Shown here: positions 1-9,825 of the stretch, piece after piece
Position numbering within the stretch: position 1 is the stretch's first letter
Layout: each line of letters opens with the position of its first letter
Assembly (NCBI GenBank): GCA_000708835.1
Contig: DF237517.1
Coordinates: forward strand, 1-37,241
Reading direction: 5' to 3'
Origin: Klebsormidium nitens
Lineage: Eukaryota > Plantae > Klebsormidiophyceae
DNA: 37,241 bases
Made by a program: the position numbers and the translations under genes
The notes under the pieces: generated by a model
Seen by the model: the letters and a program-made list of their open reading frames with translations, nothing else
Databases searched by the model: none
What the model was told of the DNA's origin: nothing

Positions 1-600
1 GGCAACCGGATCGGGGATGAGGGGGCGCGGGCCCTGGCTGAGGCCCTGGGCAAGGAGGGCACGTGCCACGCCCTGCAGACCCTAGACCTCCACTCCAACG
101 ACATCGGGGTAGAGGGAGCGCGGGCCCTTGCAACAGCACTGGGCAAGGAGGGCACGTGCCCCAACCTGCAGACCCTAAACCTCCGCTACAACCAGATCGG
201 TTATGATGGAGCGCAGGCCCTGGCAACGGCCCTGGGCAAGGAGGGCACGTGCCCCAACCTGCAGACCCTAGACCTCTACTCCTACGACATCGGGGATGAG
301 GGAGCGCAAGCCCTGGCAACGGCCCTGGGCAAGGAGGGCACGTGCTCCAACCTGCAGACCCTAGACCTCAGCCTCAACCAGATCGGGGATGAGGGAGCGC
401 GGGCCCTGGCAACGGCCCTGGGCAAGGAGGGCACGTGCTCCGCCCTCCAGACCCTAAACCTCTACTACAACCAGATCGGGGTAGAGGGAGCGCGGGCCCT
501 GGCAACGGCCCTGGGCAAGGAGGGCACGTGCCCCAACCTGCAGACCCTAGACCTCGAGGAACATCAGATCGGGGATGATGGAGCACGGGCCCTGGCAACT
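1..600 (+). repeat. About seven 84-nt coding tandem repeats (28-aa LRR, consensus TCPNLQTLDLxxNxIGDEGARALATALGKEG)
   Basis: Near-identical GGCAAGGAGGGCACGTG recurs every 84 nt, and the translation matches LxxLxLxxNxI. Confidence 0.95.
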
Positions 601-2604
601 GCATTTGCCGACGCAAATGCGCGATGCTTGTCAACGATAGCGTTCATCACCGCATTCTGTTTGGACTTGGACGACCTCTTCATGAGGTGTGCACGTTCGA
701 GGACAAAGCTCAGTGAGTGGCCCCTCCTTACCGAGGGAGTACTACCTGCCCTTCATGACTTTCAGGCACGCATACAAACATTGGAGGGCCCATCCGCAAT
801 GGGAGGAACTTGGGACGCCTGGGAGGAACTTGCAGACGCGACAAAGTGTTTGGTTGACGGGGACGTAGGTATGGGGGGTCTCCTGAAACTAGCGGAGTGG
901 CTACCTTGGGCTGAAGACTACATTCACGAATGCGCTGTAGCTGCCGGGCAGCCTGTTGATTACCTGAGGGGCCAAGAAACATTTTGCGCTGCGGAGAGCG
1001 AGGTAGGTATTGGGGGCGTGGAGTTCTGGGCCGCAGTCAGCGAGCAGGCCTGGAATAACACTATTGCGGCTGCACTTGCAGCTTCGCAAGCTCTCATACA
1101 TGCTCTGAACGCCTTTGGTGTTATTGAGCTGGCGGGGTCAGTTCCATCTTCGGTAGTGTCCCCATCCGGTGCTCCCCATACATCGACCGCCACTTCACCG
1201 ACCGAGGGACAGCCAAAGCAGATAGCCGGGAGCGTAGGTGATAGAAGTGGGGTCTTGGGTAGGAGCTCTCCGCATGCGGCATCAACCCTTCCATCAGTTG
1301 CAAAGCAGCATATTAAGCAGCAGACCATCCGAATCCTTTATGCAACAGAGCGGGAGCGAGTGCCACGAGATGCTGACCACGATGGCGTTGGTTACACCTC
1401 TCGCCGCCGTGCTGCTGACGATGGCCCTTTCGAGTGCGGCTGGGTGGATCTGGCAGTCCCGGAGCATTGGATTGAACAGGGGGCTGAAGTGGACTTGATC
1501 GAAATTGTGCGAGTGGAAGCCATTCCTGTCTCCCAGAGGTCATCAGTAGTCTACCAAGAAGAAGTCGGGAGGCAGCTTCACGCATCCATGCGTCAAACCG
1601 TTCGGAAGGAGGCACTTGTATTTGTTCACGGTTTTGCCACCAGCTTTACCAAAGCCGTCAAGCGGGCAGCGGGATTGTCTGCGGGATTGTCCTTTGGAGG
1701 CCTGACGGTTGTGTGGGACTGGCCTTCCAGGGGCGCACTTGATCCAGGGGCCTACATCAGCGACAGTCAAGAGACAGTACGCTCCTCAAAAAACTTGGTT
1801 GCACAACGGCTGGGAGCACGAGATGAAAATGGTTGTGGTTTCCTGTGCCTGCTGACAAAGGCAAACACCTGGGTAAGCTATCTGGAGCTCACACACCAGT
1901 CCAGTCAAGGCTGTGCATGCGAGGCAAGCTTACTTTTAGTTCAGTTTCGATGTTATGGTAGAATTATTGGTGTTGAGTAGTACAATCGTTTCTGCTTTAA
2001 TTCTTAAATCTGGTTGTTGCCTAGGATAATTCAAAAAGCAACGATGCGCCTCTGAATAGATTCTCTGCTACAGGCGGGAGGTGACTCCATTGTACGCAAG
2101 GTACACCTTATTGCCCACAGTATGGGGAATCGGGTCGTCTTTGACGGCTTCACGAGTCACGTCTACATGTGGGATGATCCAACAAAAGTCGGCCAGGTGA
2201 TTGCCGCTGCAGCCGACACATCCCTTGAGGCATTTGAAGAAGGTGTTCGAGCTCTAGTCGATGGAACGGAGAATACGGCTCTGAGAATTTCACGCTACTT
2301 TTCTAACAACGATCTGGCATTGCGGATTTCAAGAGCAGCTCAAATGGGGAGAACCTCAAGTGCTGGGCGAGAGAGGGTCGGCCGCGATGTTTTCGATTCC
2401 ATAGATGCATCAACCACAAGAAGTGGAGCATCTCTGGCTTCGGATGGCCATGGTTATCTTTTCAATTCAAGGCGGGTTCGGGCGGACATGTGGTCTATAC
2501 TCGAAGGGCATCCTCCTACATCACCGTCCAGATACAGAGTCACAGTCCAAGATCATACAGCAGTGCAAGCTCCACGATTGTACGAGTTGATCCAAGCAGT
2601 CTAG
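1..2604 (+). CDS. 5'-partial RNI-like LRR protein fused to a C-terminal DUF900-type alpha/beta hydrolase; exons 1-1872 and 2074-2604
   Basis: Frame 1 is open from base 1 through the LRRs into ORF 628-1980. A phase-0 intron TGG|GTAAGC (1873) to CTACAG| (2073) joins to KVHLIAHSMGNRVV. Motifs FVHGF, VVWDWPSRG, AHSMG, YFSNNDLAL and GHGY are present. Confidence 0.8.
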
Positions 2605-2869
2605 ACTCTCTACCTAGCCATTGTTTGCCTAGCGGAAACTGTTTGGCTGACATTCCTTTGCTCAAACACAATCTATTAGTCGCGATTCGCGGCGTCCGCT
2701 TGTGTCATGCCAACCTACCTTGAAACATAAACATTGAATTTCAATATGAGGTTCTTGTAAATGCCCATTACTCACCATTCATCCCCCTTCCGATGGTTTG
2801 CTTTCTGAGTAGTTCAGCTTTTGTTAAGCGTCAGGATGGCTACAAAAGAAACAAACTGATTGGTAGACC

Positions 2870-3547
2870 ATGCACTTTCTTACGTTTGCATCCGGTAGTC
2901 CCTATGTAGAATATGCGAGATTTCTTTCAAACACTGCATTAAATGTAGCTCGGTTCGTCGACTCGTATACATATGATCCGACAGACTTTTGTGCGGACTT
3001 TTGTAACACACCTCATGATGTCCTCTCGGTGTCCAGGGGATTTGGTCTTTGGTGTTGGAAGAGCATGATCATCAAAAGACGCTTGAGCGAGCTGCAACCA
3101 GGAGAGATCCTGTGCTACTGTGATTCGTTATACTATTTCCTGCAAGATTTCCGGGGTCTCGCATCCAAGTTGTTGACAGAGAATGACGTTGCGCTCTTTA
3201 AGAACAAACCAAGCGAAGGTGCTTTTATCGAAAGGGATTGGACGAAACGCGAAGCTTGCGACGAGCTCCATGTCGATTTCGAGACACACGGTCAAACTCC
3301 GCAAGTTTGGGGAGGGTTCTTGCTCATTCGAAAGTCCCCAGACTCTGTGGCGTTCGTTGATGAATGGTACCGCATGTGTGGTCATAGAAATCTAATGGAC
3401 TTTGAAACTTCTGGACGAGAAATCTCGACGTTTCGAGAACACCGAAGTGATCAGAGCGTAATCTCGTTGTTGGCTAAGAAACACGGAATACGAACCGACA
3501 GAGAATTTCCTGTTGGGGTCCTTTACAATGTTCGAGTCGGAAGTTAG
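2870..3547 (+). CDS. Putative glycosyltransferase of the type common in giant viruses
   Basis: Intronless 225-aa ORF with RGFGLWCWKS-II, YCDS (DxD-like position), QVWGGF and HRSDQS motifs. Confidence 0.6.
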   Translation: MHFLTFASGSPYVEYARFLSNTALNVARFVDSYTYDPTDFCADFCNTPHDVLSVSRGFGLWCWKSMIIKRRLSELQPGEILCYCDSLYYFLQDFRGLASKLLTENDVALFKNKPSEGAFIERDWTKREACDELHVDFETHGQTPQVWGGFLLIRKSPDSVAFVDEWYRMCGHRNLMDFETSGREISTFREHRSDQSVISLLAKKHGIRTDREFPVGVLYNVRVGS

Positions 3548-3613
3548 TGATTGATGTGGCACAGCTGCACCGCGTCAAGCATTGACAATCTTTTTGTGCC
3601 CAATCACAAAAGA

Positions 3614-4141
3614 ATGTCTTACTTCATCTCCGTGAGACTTCATGGAGGACTCGGGAACAAATTGTTCCAACTAATTTTTGCATACGAATCAGCGCGGCGC
3701 TTGAAACGTCCTTTTAAAATCGTGGAGGTCGAACCCAATCGCCACTCTGACCTGGACTACTTCGATACCGTTTTCGCTTTCTTCCGACCCTTTGTTGATT
3801 TTGATGCTCGAAGGTTGGTGACGAGTGTGGTACGCGAGAATGCGAGCGATCCATGGACTTACACTCGATATGTGGTACCCGATTACCGGAATGTCATGTT
3901 CAGTGGATACTTTCAGAGTTATAAATACGCATCGACATCATTTTCGATACGTGAACTACGTTCAATGAGTGGTCTGACTTTATCGGTCAAAAACGACGTG
4001 GTGACACGATTTTCGGGTACCACACGAGGAATATTTTTGCATGTTCGACGTGGTGATTACCTGACGACACCACATTTATGTCATATGTTGGAGCTCGGGG
4101 TTTACTATTCGAGCGCGCTCGGAATAATGGCAAGTGGGTGA
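3614..4141 (+). pseudogene. GT11 alpha-1,2-fucosyltransferase-like gene, C-terminally truncated
   Basis: GGLGNKLFQ, GYFQS and HVRRGDY motifs are present. The ORF stops about 20 aa after HVRRGDY, before the usual SDD region. Confidence 0.75.
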
Positions 4142-4161
4142 TCCGCTGCTCACTCCCCACT

Positions 4162-4926
4162 ATGATGAAGGCAAAGAGGAGGAAGCCATTGGGCGAGGCA
4201 GTCGTGGATCATGTCGGTCGGGTTCTGTCAGGTGGTGTAAGGAACACGTGCACATTGCAAGAGCTGGTGCTGGATCTGAGGGGCCTTGAAAAGTATGTAG
4301 CAAATGGAAGACTTGATGACTTGTGTACGTACTTCCAACCCAGCCACCGGTTTCCACAGCTAAGCAATGTGGTCGTGCTGGGGGCACTGAGGGAGCCTGA
4401 CAGTGTTTTCCCGGGGGTGCTGCGAATTGAGGCCAGGATCAAAGACTTCCATATAGAGACCTACTGGGGCACGGTCACCTGTTGCTCAGAATCGAGAAGT
4501 GCCAAAGTGGTGATGGATAAGTCGATTGAGTGCTGGTTAGATCTCGATAGTTTGACACGTCTGCTGCGTGCTAATGGGAAGCTCTCGAGCTTGCACCTTG
4601 TAGTCAATGCGGAGGATATCTACGAGGACCATACGACACCGGCACCCGAGGAAGATTCATGGAGGTCCGAGGAAGATTCATGGAGGTCCTCCTTGGCCCG
4701 CTCCCGGCACGCCTTGCACCGGTCGGAGACTGGCTCTCCGCCTCCTTTTGCGCGTCGCTCAGCCACAAAGTCAGCATCAGGGCGCTCTTTGTGGCAAGCG
4801 ATGCACTCCTTGACGCCCTTGGTGGCCTTGGCTTTGTTCCTCTCTGCAGTGGCTGCGTCCCGCTTCGCCTTGTTGACCAGCGAGCGCTCCCTGATCTTCT
4901 TGATGCATGCGTCGCATGTTGACTGA
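4162..4926 (+). CDS. Hypothetical protein; the part after about 4690 is probably antisense read-through
   Basis: Open frame with ATG at 4162 and globular-looking sequence to about 4640. No motif recognised. Confidence 0.3.
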   Translation: MMKAKRRKPLGEAVVDHVGRVLSGGVRNTCTLQELVLDLRGLEKYVANGRLDDLCTYFQPSHRFPQLSNVVVLGALREPDSVFPGVLRIEARIKDFHIETYWGTVTCCSESRSAKVVMDKSIECWLDLDSLTRLLRANGKLSSLHLVVNAEDIYEDHTTPAPEEDSWRSEEDSWRSSLARSRHALHRSETGSPPPFARRSATKSASGRSLWQAMHSLTPLVALALFLSAVAASRFALLTSERSLIFLMHASHVD

Positions 4927-5141
4927 TCAGAGTCGAGGGGGAGCTCCGCCTTGTCAGGGCACTTTTGTTCTCCGCCTCCGATGCAGAGCTTCACGCCCCG
5001 AGCCGTTCGTGCTGCTTCCTCCTTCTTGCGAGTCTCCTCCAGCTCTGCAGACTTGTGGTGTATGTGACACAAGGCCTTGCCTGCAAGCGCTTGAAGCGGG
5101 CATGGGAGCCCCTTTTTGGTCAGCTCACTGCACGGTGCCAT
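4620..5141 (-). CDS. Cys/His-rich multi-zinc-finger protein, virus-like, probably truncated
   Basis: N-terminal C-x3-TKKG-x-PC-x10-C-x2-H motif, then CDAC and CIACHKERPDADF...RCKACR fingers, resembling the Zn fingers that precede HNH domains in large-virus proteins. Confidence 0.6.
   Translation of the reverse strand: MAPCSELTKKGLPCPLQALAGKALCHIHHKSAELEETRKKEEAARTARGVKLCIGGGEQKCPDKAELPLDSDQSTCDACIKKIRERSLVNKAKRDAATAERNKAKATKGVKECIACHKERPDADFVAERRAKGGGEPVSDRCKACRERAKEDLHESSSDLHESSSGAGVVWSS
4646..4689. repeat. Perfect 21-nt tandem duplication CCGAGGAAGATTCATGGAGGT x2
   Basis: Read directly at 4646-4666 and 4667-4687. Confidence 0.95.
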
Positions 5142-5671
5142 CGCTGTCTTGATCTCTTTGGACCACTACTTCGGTCAGAGCAGCGTTGGTCGGCGATCCA
5201 CAGAGGGAAGGGGCTAAGATAGCCACGACAACAAGGAGGACGAAGAAGGCTGAAAAGGCTACGCACAAGAGAATGCGTATCTCCCTCTGCATCAATGTTA
5301 GGCTGCAGCCGCTGCCAACTGCTGTGGACAGGCCTTATGTGGGAAGAGTGTGCTGTATGATAGGTGGGGACTGGGGGAGCGGTGAAGGGTAAACCTAAGA
5401 CCGAGGAGGCGCCCAATGACCAGTGTCAGGATGAAGAAGGTGATGGAGACTGCTACTAAGATGCTCTCGTAGTCCAGCATGGCCAAGAGTGGAGAATGCC
5501 AAAAGCGAAGAATGCCAAAAGTGAGGGCTCGTTCTGACACTTATACTCTTTGCATAGTGGCGTCTCATGTCGAAAAGGTGGCTGCCCAATGGCCTCAAAT
5601 GGCTGGAACAAGCTGAGGGGTGGCAGTGCGTGGCGGGAATTCTGCAATAGGACTTCATCCTCCAGCAAAAG

Positions 5672-6334
5672 TTGCTGACACAATTCTCAACCTTTTCCAC
5701 AGAGATGGCAACCATGGCTTGCTCAAGCTTGAATCTACTCAGCAGCCCTGTACTCATCTGCAAGCCTCGGGTACGTGCGGTGGGTCCTGTGGTCCCATGC
5801 GGGACGTTCATGAAGCCCTACAGGGGCTACTCAAAGCTCTTTCAGAACATAGGCAGCACTTTGTCAGAGGAGTTGGAGCTCACCTCCGCACCAAGCCAGC
5901 TGGGTTACGACATGTTTCATCCATTGACAGAAGCCAAGGCCAAGAAAAGCGTTGGCAAGAGTACAAGGATTGACTACCTTTTGGAGCTGGAGGTCCGTGC
6001 TCCGGAATCCAATGATGCAGTCTTCAAAACCATTGTCTGCGCTCGTCCTGACAGCTCCATCCCGGACATGACAATTGCCGCCTTTCTGCAGCCTGGGCTG
6101 AGCGCAAGGCTCTCTCTGGAAATGACTCCAGATGTTGGGGGCGCGCCCGCAGCACTTGCAAGCTTTTTCGACGAGGCAGATGGGCTGGCCATTCTCCAAC
6201 CCCAAACCATCCAACACAACATCAGGAGGGGACGGGTTGGATTCCAGACTACCAATCCCTTGCGAGACTTGCCCGCCTTTGAGAAGCTGGCCTGGAGCTT
6301 TGTGAGAGAGTGGTTAGGCAGCGTTATGTACTGA
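5672..6334 (+). CDS. Hypothetical protein
   Basis: 220-aa open frame with plausible composition and no recognised motif. Confidence 0.35.
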   Translation: MLTQFSTFSTEMATMACSSLNLLSSPVLICKPRVRAVGPVVPCGTFMKPYRGYSKLFQNIGSTLSEELELTSAPSQLGYDMFHPLTEAKAKKSVGKSTRIDYLLELEVRAPESNDAVFKTIVCARPDSSIPDMTIAAFLQPGLSARLSLEMTPDVGGAPAALASFFDEADGLAILQPQTIQHNIRRGRVGFQTTNPLRDLPAFEKLAWSFVREWLGSVMY

Positions 6335-6438
6335 CAGTTCCTATAATAACCCGAAAGGAGCAGGCACAAGCACGCGACAAGGTCACAAAGTTCACCTGGG
6401 AGTCACCCATCCCGCTCTCTTTTTGTTGTCGGTCGCAG

Positions 6439-6694
6439 AAGGGACCTTAGTGCATGTATAGCAGCAACCTCTGGAAAGTCCAAAACCTTCATCCTAAATT
6501 TTGTTATACTTTCTTTCTTCTCCAGAGAAGGAATTGATGAACAGATACGCTGTACAGTGCTTTTCTTTGGCGATATGTACATGTATGTAAGGCCATACCC
6601 CAAAAAGATGCAATTTTGCTACGTATTACAGAGGTTTTCGCCTGAATTGCGATTGCAAATATGTATGTATGGAAGGCCATACCCCAAAAAGATG
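6439..6694. repeat. Degenerate copy of the foldback repeat also at 35552-35848 (same orientation)
   Basis: Shared blocks AAGGGACCTT, TTCTTTCTTCTCC(A/G)GAGAAGGAATT, AACAGATACG and ATGTATGTAAGG(C/A)CATACCCC.AAAAGATGCAAT. Confidence 0.85.
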
Positions 6695-6774
6695 CAGTAC
6701 TGCAACTAAGCAGAACCCTCTTTGCACAGCAAGTATCCATGCAACGCCCCTGCAACGTTTCTGCAACGTTTCTG

Positions 6775-6905
6775 GCAATCCAGCACCTAACACCAAATCC
6801 ACTTTCGGCACAATATGCAATTGGAACAAAGACATCTTTCATCGCAAATAAAAAGCCACCGATGCCAGTGAACAATGACAGTTCCTTATTACCATTTGCG
6901 TCCAA
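6775..6905 (-). pseudogene. Relic of a DNA cytosine-5 methyltransferase (motif I)
   Basis: ELSLFTGIGGF...IAYC at 6884-6810 matches the FxGxGG SAM-binding start of C5-MTases. No intact PCQ motif follows. Confidence 0.55.
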
Positions 6906-7065
6906 AGTGTCGCAGGTTGCATGTAACGCTCCTGAATGGACAGTGCGTTTAAATTTTGCTGAAAATCCCTGGGCGTAATGTATGCTGAACTATAAGCATC
7001 ACCAGCTAAGGGTAGCAAGGAGCGGTCTAGGCGTGCCCCGTCAATCACGGTGTAGAGACCTCCAT

Positions 7066-7552
7066 NNNNNNNNNNNNNNNNNNNNNNNNNNNNNNNNNNN
7101 NNNNNNNNNNNNNNNNNNNNNNNNNNNNNNNNNNNNNNNNNNNNNNNNNNNNNNNNNNNNNNNNNNNNNNNNNNNNNNNNNNNNNNNNNNNNNNNNNNNN
7201 NNNNNNNNNNNNNNNNNNNNNNNNNNNNNNNNNNNNNNNNNNNNNNNNNNNNNNNNNNNNNNNNNNNNNNNNNNNNNNNNNNNNNNNNNNNNNNNNNNNN
7301 NNNNNNNNNNNNNNNNNNNNNNNNNNNNNNNNNNNNNNNNNNNNNNNNNNNNNNNNNNNNNNNNNNNNNNNNNNNNNNNNNNNNNNNNNNNNNNNNNNNN
7401 NNNNNNNNNNNNNNNNNNNNNNNNNNNNNNNNNNNNNNNNNNNNNNNNNNNNNNNNNNNNNNNNNNNNNNNNNNNNNNNNNNNNNNNNNNNNNNNNNNNN
7501 NNNNNNNNNNNNNNNNNNNNNNNNNNNNNNNNNNNNNNNNNNNNNNNNNNNN
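7066..7552. other. Assembly gap (N run)
   Basis: Run of N. Confidence 1.
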
Positions 7553-7621
7553 CCAGCGTCATTTGCGAAAGTTGAGCCACACTTAGGTTTTGCCAGTGGG
7601 CAGAGGCCCTGCTGCTCAAGG

Positions 7622-7935
7622 ATGGAAAACAATGGGACTGCCCAAAAACGTCAGCGTGAATACCTGGAAAGGAGAAAAACACGCGCATTCGAAGATGCAA
7701 TGCAGAATTCCAAAACATTCTTACTCTGCCTCCACATCTTCTCAGTTGATCTCTGCCTCACAGTGTTGAGCGGAACACATCCCCTTGTGAAGCTTGTCAC
7801 CGATGGTTTTAACAACCTACTGACTGGAGGCGAGCTAGTTCTGAAAGTATTCGATGGATACAAGACTTTGCGCCAGATTTGGGAGGATTACAAAGCTGTG
7901 CCCTCCTACCTACTGCTGGCCTATGAAGCTCTCAG
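7622..7935 (+). CDS. Probable coding exon of a host gene, possibly upstream of the ATP-grasp gene
   Basis: 105-aa open frame ending at a CAG|GTAGGT donor. Confidence 0.3.
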
Positions 7936-8005
7936 GTAGGTGTTACGGTACGCTGCATCGCTTGTACATTCGAAGGAATGCTTGTATGAATCGGTTGCAA
8001 TGTAC

Positions 8006-8025
8006 AGGGTTTTAGGGTTTTAGGG
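8006..8025 (+). repeat. Short interstitial telomere-like repeat AGGG(TTTTAGGG)2
   Basis: Read directly. Confidence 0.6.
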
Positions 8026-8263
8026 GATATTCTCATGCATGCCTCCTCTTTCTCTGTCGTGCAGTGCTAATCTCTGCTTTGGAGAGGCAGGTACTTACCA
8101 TATCAATGTCCGCGAAAAGCTTCACATAACTGATGCACACAGCTTCTGGAGCGCTATGAACCAGGCAAGTAGCTTCTCAGACCCTATCTGACGTTCAAGG
8201 CATTGTGGAGCTCGTGCTTTCATAGTAATGGACCTTGATTCTCAACTCTGAGCACATGGGTCT

Positions 8264-9581
8264 ATGGAAACAAAATACCGTCCATCGTGTCTGCAGACGG
8301 ACACTCTCTGCAGCCATGGAGTTGCGGTGGTCCTGTTGCCTCCATTGAGCACAGCTCAAAGCCCAGACGCATATGCCACTATTGGCAAGCTGCAAGGAGT
8401 GCTCATTTCTGCTGGGATTGCGTCCATCCCATCATTGGAAGAGTACATGGCCGTGAGTATCAAAGAAGTGCAGTACCAACTGTGCGACCGCCTAAAACTG
8501 GAGCACATCCCCTTAAAGGTGGGTCAATATTTGCAGAATGTTTTTGGCCATTGCATGCATTGTTCGGCTTTCAAGAATGTCCAAGGGGGCGCTCGTGAGC
8601 TAAGGTGATTCATCAGGGGAGCTCACAAGAGATATTCCTGTCCTTCTGCAGGTCATCACGTACACTGGTTCAGACTCGGCCGCAGACATTGAGAAGGCTC
8701 TCAAAGATTTACCCAGTGCCCCTGGCATGTCAATATTGCACCCTCGCGCACAGCCAGGAGGGTACATTCTGAAGCCAGGTGTTGGAGATTGTGGGTCGGG
8801 TTTGAAGCAGTTCAATATGCCAGCCCGGAGGAATGCGCTTGAAAGTCTGGTGCAACTTATGTTGGCCCATATGCACAAGTACGTGGAGGAGGTGCGAGTG
8901 TGGTTGCTGCAACCCTTCTTCCCAACCTTCCCAAAAGCTGAGTATAAGGTCTTTGTAACTCCACCTCCACTACATGGCCCAGGGTCTAAGGGAGGTTTAC
9001 AAGCGCTACTGGTATACACACCAATCTTTAAGGCTGGTACATCCCCAGTGTACTGTGAAGAGGGCCAGATCTTCAGTGAGCTGTTTGGTCCTGATGGTAT
9101 GGCCGTGACGCCCCAGTATCAGACGAGCCTTAGAGGTAGTCGAAGGCAGGAGCCGTGTCACAGCCTCTCTCAAACTTGGCACTCCCCTAAGCTGCACAAA
9201 GCCATTCGTGAATTTGCAACAAAATGTGCATCAGCCATTGCCTCGGAGGAGGGCCTTAAAACTGCCGGACAAGTGTTCTTGCGGGCGGACGTCGTCTGCT
9301 TTTTTGAGGACGTATCGGACGAGGATTCACGGGCATACATGGTACACGAGCCTGTGGTCGTGCTCAATGAGCTAGACATTATTGGGAGTGCAAGCTTGCA
9401 TTTGGATCTCATAGATCCTGGAAGGGATGGGCTCCGTCAAATGAGGCCTCATGGGAGCGCTATTCCAGTTGAGCGCCATCACTGCCAAAAGTACTGGGTT
9501 GCGCATTTCAGCAGATTATTGGGGGCACGATTGTTCGGTGATAGGGTGTGGAGGGAAGCTCAGATAGAACTCTGTCCATAG
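8264..9581 (+). CDS. Spliced ATP-grasp fold protein (RimK/glutathione synthase-like); exons to 8518 and 8652-9581, 5' end uncertain
   Basis: A phase-0 intron AAG|GTGGGT (8519) to TTCTGCAG| (8651) gives IPLK|VITY. Motifs YILKPGVGDCGSG, LLQPF, EYKVFV, FLRADV and VLNELD follow ATP-grasp order. Confidence 0.55.
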
Positions 9582-9652
9582 TTTTGGTACATATATTCGA
9601 GTGTATATAGTCCTTTTTGATTGCATGTGATGACCCAATTCCATTGTCAGGA

Positions 9653-9764
9653 TGCAGATGCCTGTACATAGAGATGCAAGGCAGCTTGAAACTGCAGATG
9701 TATGTACATAGAGATGCAGGTCAGCTTGGAACTGTAGATGCCTGTACATAGAGATGCAAGACAG
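9653..9764. repeat. 40-nt minisatellite, about 2.8 copies
   Basis: (C/T)AGATG..TGTACATAGAGATGCA at 9655, 9695 and 9735. Confidence 0.9.
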
Positions 9765-9825
9765 TCAAGGCCTTGACATTGAGCCGCAACAAAGAGCGAG
9801 TGTGCGTGATTGGCACAAAGAACAA

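Noticed and set aside
1-600. CRISPR-like array (regular repeats with variable inserts)
   Set aside because: The units are 84-nt in-frame coding LRRs with no unique spacers and no cas genes.
5298-5480. Small membrane protein MLDYESILVAVSITFFILTLVIG
   Set aside because: One hydrophobic stretch in a short ORF is not enough evidence.
6982-7718. Three long ORFs in the track
   Set aside because: Artefacts of translating through the N gap.
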